From NCBI GenBank assembly GCA_018969615.1, contig JAGWYA010000003.1, forward strand, positions 15,038 to 79,037: a DNA stretch of 64,000 nt. Reading direction: 5' to 3'. Source of the DNA: Patescibacteria group bacterium (lineage in GTDB: Bacteria; Patescibacteriota; Minisyncoccia; UBA6257; 02-FULL-45-10c). Below, piece by piece: positions 48,483-58,570 of this stretch; position 1 is the stretch's first letter, and each line of letters starts with the position of its first letter. The position numbers and the translations under genes are program-made. The notes under the pieces are model-generated. The model ran no database searches. It was not told where the DNA came from and saw only the letters and a program-made list of their open reading frames with translations.

Positions 48483-49718
48483 TTATTTGTGCTCGGGACC
48501 TAGTAAAACCCGCGTAAATCTCTCCGGAGCGAGGTAAACACCCACAGCCTTCTCAATATCTTGGATGGTAATATCTTGAATTGCCGCCTGAACCTCCTCA
48601 TAGCCATAAGGCTTTCCCAGCGTTACCGTAGAAGAACTGGCTCCCATTATAATATTCCATGGGTTCTCAAAACGAAGCGCCAATGAGCCCAATTCCATTC
48701 TTTTTGCTTTTTCTAAAAGAGCCTCATTGCGCTTATTAGCATCTATAAGTGGCAAAGCAGTATCGATCGCTTCTTTATATTTCTCTTTTGACGTCGCCAT
48801 ATAAATAACGAATAATCCAAGGTCTGTTAACCAATGATAAGAGGCAGATGCTGAATAACACAAACCCCGCCTATCTCTAATTTCTTGAAATAAAGGAGAC
48901 GCCATCCCTCGTCCAAGCATAGTCGCGAACAGATCAAGGCACCACTTTTCTTTTATGCTTGCATTCAGGATCGGGACGGCAACATACATATGCATTTGAT
49001 TAAGCGGTCGATGGAAAATATATTCTTTTTCTAAAGGGAAATAAAGAGTCTCGTCTTTTCCCCGTTTATTCCGTTCACCGGATATCGGTGCTGTAAAATA
49101 CGAATCGAACATCCTCACTGCCGCATCAGGATCAATACGACCTGCGGTAAAAAAAGTGAAATTCGCAGAGTTATAATACTGCTTCATAAAATCAATAAAA
49201 TCCTCTCGTTGCAGGGCCAAAAGAGAGCGCTCATTTCCAAGGGTTGGATGGGCTAGAGGATGCCCCTTAAAGATAGCCTCGTAGGCAAGGTCATATAATG
49301 CACCGGAAGGATTATCCTGCTTCCTCTTTATTTCTTGCAAGATAACATTGACCTCTTTCTTGATCTTGTCCTCGGGAATCAAGGGATGCTGGATCTGCTC
49401 ACTTAAAAAATCGACTCCTCGCTCAAATTCTCTGAAAGGAACCTGGTTCAAAAAGAACGTTCGTTCCTTTGAAGTAAAACCGTTCTTAAATCCACCGACA
49501 TCCTCGATATATTCAGCAAGCGACCGCTGATCAGGAAATTTTTTTGTTCCTTGAAAAAAAAGATGTTCGAAACTATGGGCCAGCCCCGCCTCATGCGGGA
49601 GACGCTCGTCTCGCGAGCCAACATTTACCATAACACCCGAAGCGACCGAGTTTGCTTCCGCCATAGGGAATATATAAAGGGGAACGCCACTTTTGGTATC
49701 TTTTCGTATAAAACGCAT
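48483..49718 (-). CDS. M16-family (pitrilysin/insulinase-like) zinc peptidase
   Basis: HSFEHLFFQGT inverted HxxEH zinc-binding motif; 411 aa. Confidence 0.75.
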   Translation of the reverse strand: MRFIRKDTKSGVPLYIFPMAEANSVASGVMVNVGSRDERLPHEAGLAHSFEHLFFQGTKKFPDQRSLAEYIEDVGGFKNGFTSKERTFFLNQVPFREFERGVDFLSEQIQHPLIPEDKIKKEVNVILQEIKRKQDNPSGALYDLAYEAIFKGHPLAHPTLGNERSLLALQREDFIDFMKQYYNSANFTFFTAGRIDPDAAVRMFDSYFTAPISGERNKRGKDETLYFPLEKEYIFHRPLNQMHMYVAVPILNASIKEKWCLDLFATMLGRGMASPLFQEIRDRRGLCYSASASYHWLTDLGLFVIYMATSKEKYKEAIDTALPLIDANKRNEALLEKAKRMELGSLALRFENPWNIIMGASSSTVTLGKPYGYEEVQAAIQDITIQDIEKAVGVYLAPERFTRVLLGPEHK

Positions 49719-49750
49719 ATTAAAAATCTACCATTTCTTATGCAATAAAA

Positions 49751-49780
49751 AAAGGACATTCGTCAGAAATGTCCTTTAAG
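49751..49780 (-). terminator. Intrinsic terminator (aaaggacatt-cgtcag-aaatgtccttt, T7 run on minus strand) after small peptide gene
   Basis: Seen in sequence. Confidence 0.65.
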
Positions 49781-49786
49781 CACCTA

Positions 49787-49897
49787 TCAGTACGGGCCCG
49801 ACTCGTTCGCCGTGTCCGCGCTGTCGTTGCCGTCGTTCCCCTGCTCGGCCGCTGGAGTGTCGTCCGTTCCGTCGTCGGTGCCAGGTCCTCTGGTCAT
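49787..49897 (-). CDS. Small acidic Gly/Asp/Thr-rich peptide (36 aa) with consensus ribosome-binding site; not in ORF track
   Basis: Manual translation MTRGPGTDDGTDDTPAAEQGNDGNDSADTANESGPY; AAGGAG 6 nt upstream of ATG; own terminator. Confidence 0.5.
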   Translation of the reverse strand: MTRGPGTDDGTDDTPAAEQGNDGNDSADTANESGPY

Positions 49898-50028
49898 AAG
49901 ATCTCCTTTGAGGCTTTAAAGTACTGCAGCTGCGAGTAATAATGCCAAAGCATCACCCCGCAACACTTACTTTATACACCTTGATCTTTATTTTTTCAAG
50001 AGAAAAAACTCGTAAAATAGTATTGGAC

Positions 50029-50547
50029 CTACGGCAACGTGCGGGCACTCACCGTGGTCTGCAAATTCACTACTGGATCAGTGAACGGCGAGCCGGCAGC
50101 CCCTGCCTGAAGCACAATAGTAATGCGCGGAGGATACGGATTCCCTGCGGTTCCGGTAAAAAGAACGAACTGCAGGTTCTTCACCAGCACATTATCAGCC
50201 GTGATCGGCTCAAACGTGGTCCCGCCATCCGCACTGCGTTCGATCGCGGATGTCGCGCTATTCACGCGATAGACCACAGAATCGTTTTGCGCATTCATAA
50301 ACTGAAGCTCGCCGTTCACGACGGAAAAGCCCTGTCCGGTCCGAACCTCACGCGCGATCTGCTCGATCGCCGAGCTGCTATTTCCTTCTGCGGCCAGGAT
50401 CGCAACGGTCTCATGCTGGGTCCGCAGAATATGAATGAACGCCCCCGTCGTGATCGCGATCACGACAAGAAAAAGCCCCATGGCAACGATCATTTCCACA
50501 AGCGTAAATCCTGACTCCCGACGAATTTTTGAGAAAAAAGAAAGCAT
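50029..50547 (-). CDS. Type IV pilin-like/pseudopilin protein
   Basis: Prepilin leader ...KIRRESG|FTLVEM; start set at ATG 50547. Confidence 0.7.
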   Translation of the reverse strand: MLSFFSKIRRESGFTLVEMIVAMGLFLVVIAITTGAFIHILRTQHETVAILAAEGNSSSAIEQIAREVRTGQGFSVVNGELQFMNAQNDSVVYRVNSATSAIERSADGGTTFEPITADNVLVKNLQFVLFTGTAGNPYPPRITIVLQAGAAGSPFTDPVVNLQTTVSARTLP

Positions 50548-50551
50548 GATG

Positions 50552-51046
50552 TTATCGCCAGTTATAGAAATAATCTTCGGCATCGACATTGAACGCCCCG
50601 CCGCCGCGCGTCGTCCAGGAAACATAAGAGGTCACTTTGATCTCATCCGCGGAGATCGTATCGATCGTGATCTTTCGGATATAGGAGGTCGTATTCCCCG
50701 TAGTGTACTGATAGAAACCGGTCACCGGATCGAAAAGCAACGGACTTCCGGTGAACGGGCTCAGTGCGGTCGCGCTGTAATCCCCCTCATAATCCCCCGC
50801 CGTGATCCCGATGTTCCACGGCTGGTTCTGTAAAACGTTCTTGTCGATCATATTCTTCACGATCTCGATCCCTTCTGAAGCAAGGTTGGAACCGACGTAC
50901 TGGCTGGTAACGATCTGCGTTTCACCCAGCGAGCTCGAGGTCAGTGAAAAAATACCGAGAAGCCCTATGATCGCGATCGTGATCGCGATCGTGGCCTCGA
51001 CCATCATCTGACCCTTTCGATCACGGAGATAGGAAAAGAAGTTCAT
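50552..51046 (-). CDS. Pseudopilin/minor pilin (atypical +1 Gln: RKG|QMMVEA)
   Basis: Leader + hydrophobic helix with Glu at +5. Confidence 0.6.
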   Translation of the reverse strand: MNFFSYLRDRKGQMMVEATIAITIAIIGLLGIFSLTSSSLGETQIVTSQYVGSNLASEGIEIVKNMIDKNVLQNQPWNIGITAGDYEGDYSATALSPFTGSPLLFDPVTGFYQYTTGNTTSYIRKITIDTISADEIKVTSYVSWTTRGGGAFNVDAEDYFYNWR

Positions 51047-51051
51047 AAAAA

Positions 51052-51567
51052 CTAGTTCGTTGAGATCTGCCCGGCGTTATTGACCTTGATCTTCACCTGG
51101 GAGGTACTCCCGGTCGCCTGCAGCGTAATGGTCCCCGACGTGATCGGCGGCGTCATAATAACGGTCGGATTTGGCGGAACAAAAAGGATATCGGTCATGT
51201 CGCTTGAGGCGAACGTAATGTTTTGATCAAGGATAATATGGGAAAAGTCTTCGGACGGTCCCGAGTAGACGTTGTCTGAGTTCGCACAATTCGCCGCCTG
51301 ATCTTTGAACAGGATCACGGTATTCGGCAGCGTGAAATGAACGCCGTAGCCGCAGGCTGCCCCGCCGCTGACATAGGTTTGCAGCGCCAGCGATTTCGCC
51401 TTTTCAATGATGCCGATCACCTGCGATTGGTCGCGGAACAGCGTGATCTGATTCTCGCCGATATGGCTATACAAGATCAGGACTGTGGAAAGAAGTGCGG
51501 TAATGCTGAGCACGACCAGTGTCTCGATCAGGGTGAATCCGCGTGTGGATGATGTGCGCCCGCTCAT
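51052..51567 (-). CDS. Pseudopilin/minor pilin
   Basis: MSGRTSSTRG|FTLIETLVVLSI prepilin motif. Confidence 0.7.
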   Translation of the reverse strand: MSGRTSSTRGFTLIETLVVLSITALLSTVLILYSHIGENQITLFRDQSQVIGIIEKAKSLALQTYVSGGAACGYGVHFTLPNTVILFKDQAANCANSDNVYSGPSEDFSHIILDQNITFASSDMTDILFVPPNPTVIMTPPITSGTITLQATGSTSQVKIKVNNAGQISTN

Positions 51568-51608
51568 TAATTCAATTTTACCACAGAAGCGGCCCGGAAC
51601 GGAGCCGT

Positions 51609-52472
51609 CTAGGAGAAGATCCGGAAATAAAGATCAAGCAGCGATTTCCCATAGAACATCAGGGTTAGCGCGCCTAAAATAATGAACGGGCCGAACGGGA
51701 TCGCATCTTTCATCTTCTTCGCACGCATAAGAATGACATACACCCCGTACACTGACCCGAGGATGAATGCGAACATCAACAAAAGCCCGATATCCGGCCA
51801 TCCGAACAGAAAACCAAGAGCGCCGGCAAGCTTGAGGTCCCCTACGCCCATCCCGCGCCCGCGCGTCACGAGGATGATCGCACCCACGAACAAGATCCCA
51901 AGGATCGCGCCGATAAAGTGATTGACCACCACGTCGCTGCGGAATCCGAACAATGCCGCAAAGCTTCCCGCGAACGATCCGGTAAACACCCCGAAGGTAC
52001 CGTTCATTTGCTGGAGTGCGATACGGCCGAAACCAAGCGCGACCAAAAAAAGGTTCAACTCGTCCGGAATGATCATCCAATAGTAATCGATCGCGGCGAT
52101 GACCAGGAATGCGAGGAATGCGAGCACCCAGAGCCATCCGACTTCGATCGAATAGATCCGCATGAACGGATCATAAAAATAAAGCGGCGTAAGGAAGATC
52201 AATCCCGTCAGGAGCTCAACAATGGGATACTGCAGCGAAAGACGCGTCTTGCAGGATCGACAGCGGCCGCGCTGGACCAAAAAGCTGACGACCGGGAGCA
52301 GCTCATACCAGGCAAGCGTCTTCCCGCAGGACATGCAGTGTGAACGCCCGGTCAGCGGCGTGAGCGCGAAAGCGGACCGCTCAGGCCGGTACCGCAAGAT
52401 CACCACGTTCAAAAAACTGCCGATACAGAGACCGAACGCAAAAAGATACGCAGGAATGAGCCACGGGATCAT
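51609..52472 (-). CDS. pilD: Prepilin peptidase (A24 family)
   Basis: N-terminal CxxC...CxxC (CMSCGKTL, CRSCKTRL) zinc motif, polytopic, catalytic Asp pair region. Confidence 0.85.
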   Translation of the reverse strand: MIPWLIPAYLFAFGLCIGSFLNVVILRYRPERSAFALTPLTGRSHCMSCGKTLAWYELLPVVSFLVQRGRCRSCKTRLSLQYPIVELLTGLIFLTPLYFYDPFMRIYSIEVGWLWVLAFLAFLVIAAIDYYWMIIPDELNLFLVALGFGRIALQQMNGTFGVFTGSFAGSFAALFGFRSDVVVNHFIGAILGILFVGAIILVTRGRGMGVGDLKLAGALGFLFGWPDIGLLLMFAFILGSVYGVYVILMRAKKMKDAIPFGPFIILGALTLMFYGKSLLDLYFRIFS

Positions 52473-52496
52473 ACGAAAGAGGCTAACGCTAATGCA

Positions 52497-52943
52497 CTAA
52501 AATGAAACGCAATAATATGACGGCGTGCAGCTGGTAACCGTGCCGGTATAATCGCCGACAACCGTTTCCTGATTGCTGTCCGCAAAGATCGAATCGCCTG
52601 CGCTGGCATCCAGCTTTGCCGCAAGAACATACCCCTGCTTATCCGCGGTACGGTAACTGTAAAGATAATCACCCCCGGTCCCCGGATCGGTCGGAAGCTT
52701 CGTGATGCCGATGCCTGCCGTCAAAAGATCGGTTAATGTGTTCGGATAGGAATTATTACGCGCATAATAAAGCTCAAGACCGTTCTGGAGCGATTTCAGA
52801 TCGGATACGCGGCGCGTGTCACGACCCCGGGAACGGAACCCGCCAAGGCCGACAAGGACCATGGACGCCAAAAGACCGATGATCGAGACAACAATCAGGA
52901 CTTCGATAAGAGTAAAGGCTTTCCGCGAGGTGCGTGATCTCAT
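52497..52943 (-). CDS. pilA: Major type IV pilin candidate (PilA-like), unusual Ala at -1 (SRKA|FTLIEVL)
   Basis: Class III signal, 148 aa, C-terminal Cys pair (SCTPSYYC). Confidence 0.7.
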   Translation of the reverse strand: MRSRTSRKAFTLIEVLIVVSIIGLLASMVLVGLGGFRSRGRDTRRVSDLKSLQNGLELYYARNNSYPNTLTDLLTAGIGITKLPTDPGTGGDYLYSYRTADKQGYVLAAKLDASAGDSIFADSNQETVVGDYTGTVTSCTPSYYCVSF

Positions 52944-52979
52944 AATGCGTAGAATAATTATTATCTGATCTTCTCTCCT

Positions 52980-53008
52980 AGTATACCATATCCCCCTTCA
53001 TTTCCCAT
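52980..53008 (-). promoter_or_regulatory. Extended -10 promoter (TGgTATACT) upstream of pilA; motif GGATATGGTATACT shared with 40176 gene
   Basis: agtataccatatcc 14-mer identical at 52980-52993 and 40417-40430. Confidence 0.5.
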
Positions 53009-53018
53009 CCACAGGAGC

Positions 53019-54227
53019 CTAGAACGTCTGGGCAAGGTTGTAGATCGGCAAAAGAACGGCAGCGAACAGTAAGCCGACCATCACGCCCATGATCACCATC
53101 AGGATCGGCTGGATCAGTTCCACCAAGTTCGAGACCGTATTATCAACCTCGCGGGAATAAAAGCCGGAAACGCGCGTCAGCAACTGTTCAAGCTTACCGG
53201 TCGATTCGCCAACCGCCACCATTTGATGGACCAGCGGCGGGAAGAAGTCCTCATGAGCGGCAAGCGCCTGAGACATCAGCTGTCCGCTCCGGACCGCTTC
53301 AGCGACCTCGTGCAACGCATCGCGATAGATCAAGCTGCCGATCGTGTGGCCGGAGATCTCCAGCGCCTGAGCGATCGGAATGCCGCCGCGAATAAGCACC
53401 GCGGACGATTCCGCAAAACGGGAAACATACAGCTTCCGGTACATATCGCCGATGATCGGCAGACGGACCCGGAACTCATCAAGGACCACCTTTCCTTCCG
53501 GGGTGTCGAAGTAGTCATAAAGAACAACACCGACGATCGCAAGGACGATCAGGATCGCAAGCCACCAATTCGCTATGAACTGTCCGAGTCCCAGTAAAAC
53601 CTGCGTCACCAGCGGGATCTTCGCGTTCGACTCGGTAAAGACCGGCTCAAGCTGCGGGAAGACCACGCCCACCATAATGCCGACGACCACCGCGAACAAT
53701 ACCATGAGAACCACCGGATAGATCATGGCGCCGCGCACGCGCGACATCAATCCCGACTCTTTTTCCAGATAATCCGCCATAAAACCCATCACCTCTTCCA
53801 AGCGGCCGGTGACCTCAGCGGAACGGACCATGCTCACATAAAAATTAGAAAAGACCTGGGGATGGCGCTCCATCGCCTGAGAAAGCAGCAGTCCGGAATC
53901 GATATCCGATGAAAGGTCAGAGATCACCTCCTTTAAGATCGCATTGGCGGTCTGCCGGCGAAGATTCTTCAACGCATCGCCAAGCGAGATCTTCGCATCA
54001 AGAAGCGTTGCGAATTGCCGCGTAAACACCATGAGATCGGTCGTCTTTACGCGGTTCACCAACCGAAGGAACGGATCATACCAATGCGGCTTATCAGCTT
54101 CCTGGACCGATAAAATAAAAAGCTCGTGTCCAACGAGGATGTTGATCGCTGCTTCCCGGTTCACCGCCTCGATGAAACCCGTCTGCAGCTCTCCCTCTTT
54201 TGTTCGTGCGGTATATTGAAATTTCAT
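53019..54227 (-). CDS. pilC: Type IV pilus inner-membrane platform protein PilC (GspF family)
   Basis: Two GspF repeats, 402 aa, 3 TM segments. Confidence 0.85.
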   Translation of the reverse strand: MKFQYTARTKEGELQTGFIEAVNREAAINILVGHELFILSVQEADKPHWYDPFLRLVNRVKTTDLMVFTRQFATLLDAKISLGDALKNLRRQTANAILKEVISDLSSDIDSGLLLSQAMERHPQVFSNFYVSMVRSAEVTGRLEEVMGFMADYLEKESGLMSRVRGAMIYPVVLMVLFAVVVGIMVGVVFPQLEPVFTESNAKIPLVTQVLLGLGQFIANWWLAILIVLAIVGVVLYDYFDTPEGKVVLDEFRVRLPIIGDMYRKLYVSRFAESSAVLIRGGIPIAQALEISGHTIGSLIYRDALHEVAEAVRSGQLMSQALAAHEDFFPPLVHQMVAVGESTGKLEQLLTRVSGFYSREVDNTVSNLVELIQPILMVIMGVMVGLLFAAVLLPIYNLAQTF

Positions 54228-54242
54228 ACGGATGCCCGAACG

Positions 54243-55322
54243 CTAGCTTCGCTCCAACAGGATGCGAAGTTCCGACGGGTTCAATGAGTACAACTCCGCA
54301 TTTTCCAAAGAGATCTCCTTTTTCCGGATCAGGCCCGCGAGCGACCGGTTCAAAGTGATCATGCCTTCCTGCATGCTGGTTTCAATGACCAGATCGATCT
54401 GATAGGTCTTCCGTTCGCGGATCAGGTTGCGGATCGCCGAGTTCACCAGCATGATCTCGTTCGCCGGCACGCGGCCGCCGTCGATCCTCGGGATCAAACG
54501 CTGGGAAACGATCGCGACCAGGGTCGCGGCAAGCTGGGAAACTACCTGCCCCTGCTGATCAGCCGGGAAACTGTCAATGATACGGTCGATCGTCTGGGAA
54601 GCGGAGTTGGTGTGAAGCGTGGAAAATACCAAGTGACCGGTCTCCGCCGAGGTCATAGCGGTACTGATGGATTCGCTGTCGCGCATTTCACCGATCATCA
54701 CCACGTCAGGGTCTTGGCGCAGCAGCGTACGCAAGGCATCATGGAAGTTCGGCGTATCGTTCCCCACTTCACGCTGAGAGATAATGGAACGGTCCTGAAC
54801 GAACAGATATTCGATCGGATCTTCGATCGTGATCACGTGATCGGTCCGCTGATGGTTGATCTCATCAAGGATCGAGGCGAGGGTCGTTGATTTCCCGTGA
54901 CCAGCCGGTCCCACCACCAAAATAAATCCCTGTGATAACCGGGCAAAATCATGCAGGATCGACGGAAGCTGCAGATCCTCTATGGTCTTGATCTGACCCG
55001 GGATCAAACGCATCGCCGCCGCCATAAAACCGCGCTGGAAGAAAACATTCACGCGGAAACGCGCCTTATCTTCATAGGCATACGCAAAATCAAGCTGACG
55101 CTCTCTTAAAAAACGCTCTTTCTGTTCCGGGGTCAGCAAAGCAGTGACGAGCCCCTCCATCATCTCAGGGGTAACGATCAGCTCTTTCTGGATCGGGACC
55201 AAAACACCGTCCAACCGAAGCGTCGGCCGCCGGCCGACCGCCAAATGAAGATCGGAAGCGCCCTGCTTTGCCGCGGTCAGCAATAATTCATCTAATTTCG
55301 TTTTATAGGAAAGTTCAGCCAT
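54243..55322 (-). CDS. pilT: Type IV pilus retraction ATPase PilT
   Basis: GPAGHGKSTTLASILDEIN Walker A, Asp box, His box; ~360 aa; start at ATG 55322. Confidence 0.85.
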   Translation of the reverse strand: MAELSYKTKLDELLLTAAKQGASDLHLAVGRRPTLRLDGVLVPIQKELIVTPEMMEGLVTALLTPEQKERFLRERQLDFAYAYEDKARFRVNVFFQRGFMAAAMRLIPGQIKTIEDLQLPSILHDFARLSQGFILVVGPAGHGKSTTLASILDEINHQRTDHVITIEDPIEYLFVQDRSIISQREVGNDTPNFHDALRTLLRQDPDVVMIGEMRDSESISTAMTSAETGHLVFSTLHTNSASQTIDRIIDSFPADQQGQVVSQLAATLVAIVSQRLIPRIDGGRVPANEIMLVNSAIRNLIRERKTYQIDLVIETSMQEGMITLNRSLAGLIRKKEISLENAELYSLNPSELRILLERS

Positions 55323-55356
55323 ACCTCTATTGTACACTATGCCGAAAGAAAACGCT

Positions 55357-57087
55357 CTACACCTCCGCGGTCTCGCGGAGCACCTCTTCCATGCTTATCA
55401 TTCCCCGCAGTGCTTTCAGGATGCCGTCCTGACGGAGCGTGATCATGCCCTGACGCTTCGCTTCATCAAGGATCTTTTGCTCGTTCATACCTTCTGTAAT
55501 GATGTTTTGAAGCTCGGCGGTCATCTTAAGGACCTCAAAAATACCCACGCGGCCGCTGACGCCCTTGCCTTTGCAGACCGCACAGCCAGGCGCATGCCAG
55601 ATCTGCAGGCTTTTATCCGCCGGACGGCTGTCCGCAGGTAATTTCTCAAACTCTTTCTTCACCACCGCAGCCATGTCTGCCGGCAATTCCTCCGCCGCTT
55701 TACAGCTCTGGCATAATCGGGAGATCAAACGCTGCGCGATCATAATATTAAGCGCCGGCGGGATCAGGAAGCTGTCCACTTTCATATCGATCAAGCGCGG
55801 AATGACGCCCACGGCGTTGTTCGTGTGGAGGGTTGAGAGCACAATATGGCCGGTCAATGCCGCATGGATCGTCAGCTGGGCGGTCTCGGTATCGCGTACC
55901 TCACCGACCATGATCACGTCAGGGTCCTGACGCAAGATCTGGCGCAATCCGGAGGCAAAATCATATCCGATGTCCGGCTGGACCTGGGACTGGTTGACGC
56001 CGTCGATAAAATATTCCACCGGATCTTCAAGGCTCACGATGTTCGACGCCTCATTATTGAGCAGCTGCAGCAACGCATACTGCGTGGTTGTTTTACCGGA
56101 CCCGGTCGGACCGCTGATCACCACCAAACCGAACGGACGATGGATCGCCTCCTGCACGATCTTCAGGTTCTTGCCGATAAGGCCGAGATCGTCAAGCGAT
56201 TTCAATCCGGTTGTCGGATCGAGAACGCGGATCGCCACCTTCTCTCCGGACGGCGTCGGGAACGTTGCCACGCGAAAATCGATATCGCGGCCGAAGATCA
56301 CCGTGCGAAAACGGCCATCCTGAGGAATGCGCGTTTCATCAAGCTTCAGGTTCGATAAAACCTTGATGCGGGAAATGACCGGCTGATGGAGCTCGATCGG
56401 CATCTTGCTGACCTCTTTCAGATCGCCGTCGATGCGAAACCGGATCCGAAGCGATGACCGCTGCGGTTCGATGTGGATATCGGACGCATGCTGATTCACG
56501 GCTTCTTTCAACGTAGAGGCGACCAATTTGATGATTGGCGCTTCTTCGGCAACCGTCGCACCCGCATCAAGCTTAACCATGCGCGCGCCGGCGGAAGATC
56601 CTTTGCCCGATTTCAAGTTCAATCCTCTGACCGCGGCATCAACCGCATCTTTGTACGGCGAATATTTCTGCATCGCAAGATCATAATCGCCCGGCGTAAT
56701 GAGATACACGCCCAGATTGGTCTTCTGTTGTTTCGCCACGAACCGGAGCGCTTCCTGCGATTGAGGATCGTTCGGATAGACCATGCCGACGACGAGCATA
56801 TCGGACGTCGCCGAGAGCGGGATCACATGATAGGTGCTTGCCGTCTCCTCAGGGATCATCGCGAGCAGCTCTTTCGTGATCGTCTCCGGCTGCACGCGCT
56901 TGAACGGGATCTTCAGGAGAGCGCTTTTCACTTTGGCGACCTCTTCTTCAGGAACGACGTGGCGGTCATAAATAACGTCCTCGGCGCTTTTACCGAGCAA
57001 CGCGGCATCCGCGGCCACTTTTTGCGCCGCTTCCGCGCTCAATAAACCTCCGGAAACCAAATTATCCAATAACGTCTTATCGTCCAT
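55357..57087 (-). CDS. pilB: Type IV pilus assembly ATPase PilB (GspE family)
   Basis: N1/N2 domains, GPTGSGKTTT Walker A, tetracysteine motif (CQSC...CAVCKGKG). Confidence 0.88.
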   Translation of the reverse strand: MDDKTLLDNLVSGGLLSAEAAQKVAADAALLGKSAEDVIYDRHVVPEEEVAKVKSALLKIPFKRVQPETITKELLAMIPEETASTYHVIPLSATSDMLVVGMVYPNDPQSQEALRFVAKQQKTNLGVYLITPGDYDLAMQKYSPYKDAVDAAVRGLNLKSGKGSSAGARMVKLDAGATVAEEAPIIKLVASTLKEAVNQHASDIHIEPQRSSLRIRFRIDGDLKEVSKMPIELHQPVISRIKVLSNLKLDETRIPQDGRFRTVIFGRDIDFRVATFPTPSGEKVAIRVLDPTTGLKSLDDLGLIGKNLKIVQEAIHRPFGLVVISGPTGSGKTTTQYALLQLLNNEASNIVSLEDPVEYFIDGVNQSQVQPDIGYDFASGLRQILRQDPDVIMVGEVRDTETAQLTIHAALTGHIVLSTLHTNNAVGVIPRLIDMKVDSFLIPPALNIMIAQRLISRLCQSCKAAEELPADMAAVVKKEFEKLPADSRPADKSLQIWHAPGCAVCKGKGVSGRVGIFEVLKMTAELQNIITEGMNEQKILDEAKRQGMITLRQDGILKALRGMISMEEVLRETAEV

Positions 57088-57090
57088 CGA

Positions 57091-57378
57091 TCAATAATGG
57101 ATGAATGGGTTCGTGCGTCCCATCTGCGGCAACGGCGCGGGACCGCCATACTGTTTCAACGACTGATAGGTCTTATTCTGCAAAAGATCCGATGCGTTCA
57201 GATCAACACCCGAAAGCTCGGTGGTCGACTGTACGCTCGGCGGGATGATCAGCTGAACCGCAGGTGACGGCGCAAAGAACAGGAAATAGGCAAGCCCGAA
57301 GACGCCGATAACGACGGCGAGAAAAATGATCAAAGCCTTCCAATTGAATCGCTGCTGTTCTTCAAGGACGATCGCCAT
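57091..57378 (-). CDS. Small single-TM pilus-cluster protein (95 aa; PilP-position)
   Basis: ORF between pilO and pilB; one TM helix. Confidence 0.45.
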   Translation of the reverse strand: MAIVLEEQQRFNWKALIIFLAVVIGVFGLAYFLFFAPSPAVQLIIPPSVQSTTELSGVDLNASDLLQNKTYQSLKQYGGPAPLPQMGRTNPFIHY

Positions 57379-57387
57379 AGATATGAA

Positions 57388-57993
57388 TTAATTTGCTTGA
57401 TAATAAGTATCAACCGTCAATCCGAAATTGAGCAGATCCTGGGTTCCCTGGGTCGCCGTTTGGTTCCCCTGCCCGCTTTGGTTTTGGACCGCGGAGCTCA
57501 TTTGGAGCGTACGTACATCCATAATGCGGAGGTTGCGCTCGAGGTCGATCAGAAAATCTCTGCCGGCCGCATACGGACCCACGAACTTGATATCAAGCCG
57601 CATTGACCCGATCCCTTTCGCGAACGTCAGCTTCACCGGCGGCGGAATGATCGGAAGGTAATTGACGCCGACGCCCTGCAGAACCACGCCATGAGCCTGC
57701 GCAAGCGCGTTCAACTGCGCCATCACGGCCGACAATGAACTGTCGGAAGGCAATGCCGCCGAAAGCGCATTACTGATATTCCCGATGCTCTGAAGGCTGA
57801 CGACCAGGTTCTTCACCTGCTCGACCGCTTTCGTTTCCACGTTCAGGATCTGCGTCTTCGCCGCAAGCGTTCCCCGCAGCTGCTGAACCGCAGCGTATTC
57901 TCCCTGGATCAGCAATCCATAGACCATCAAAGCGCCGACCAGCAGCGCGGCGGAGAGAAGAAGACTTAAGGCTCGTTTGACGGAGGGTTTCAT
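57388..57993 (-). CDS. pilO: PilO-like pilus assembly protein
   Basis: N-terminal TM, coiled coil, ferredoxin-like C-terminus; position after pilN. Confidence 0.65.
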   Translation of the reverse strand: MKPSVKRALSLLLSAALLVGALMVYGLLIQGEYAAVQQLRGTLAAKTQILNVETKAVEQVKNLVVSLQSIGNISNALSAALPSDSSLSAVMAQLNALAQAHGVVLQGVGVNYLPIIPPPVKLTFAKGIGSMRLDIKFVGPYAAGRDFLIDLERNLRIMDVRTLQMSSAVQNQSGQGNQTATQGTQDLLNFGLTVDTYYQAN

Positions 57994-58547
57994 TATTGTG
58001 GAGTTGTTAAGAGACCGGTATTCAGCGTAAGCGACACCTTGAACTGAACCGCTCCGCTGTTCAACTGAGACTGCACCAACGTATACTGGTCGATCTGCTT
58101 CGATTCGGCGAAGGCTTCAAGCTGCTCCGCGAGCACCGGGAACGAAGCGGCAACGCCATCAAGATCAAGCGTCCGCTGATCGGTCTTCACAGTCGCGCCG
58201 GTAAAGTACACCTGCGGATCGGTCAGGGTTTCCAAAAGCGCCAATGCGTTCGATGCGAACACATGATTCGCGGTCAGGTTCTTCAAATTAATGATCTGCG
58301 AATACACTTGGATGAACTTGTTCTGGTCCGCCTGAGGCACAACGGACGAGGTCTGCGAGATCTGCTGGTCCACCGCATTGATCTGATTGTTCAGGAACGG
58401 TTCGTAGCCGAATACCAGTCCGAGATACACCAAAATGGAAGCAAGGAAAACGACGAATGCGAACATGAAAAAACGCCACGGCCAGCCGACCGGGAGTCGC
58501 TCAGACTCGAACTGATTCATTGGATTTTGGACGAATTGCTGAGCCAT
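57993..58547 (-). CDS. pilN: PilN-like pilus assembly protein
   Basis: Short cytoplasmic N-terminus (PilM-binding), single TM, periplasmic/external domain. Confidence 0.65.
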   Translation of the reverse strand: MAQQFVQNPMNQFESERLPVGWPWRFFMFAFVVFLASILVYLGLVFGYEPFLNNQINAVDQQISQTSSVVPQADQNKFIQVYSQIINLKNLTANHVFASNALALLETLTDPQVYFTGATVKTDQRTLDLDGVAASFPVLAEQLEAFAESKQIDQYTLVQSQLNSGAVQFKVSLTLNTGLLTTPQ

Positions 58548-58570
58548 AGGGCCTACAAACTTATCTTACC

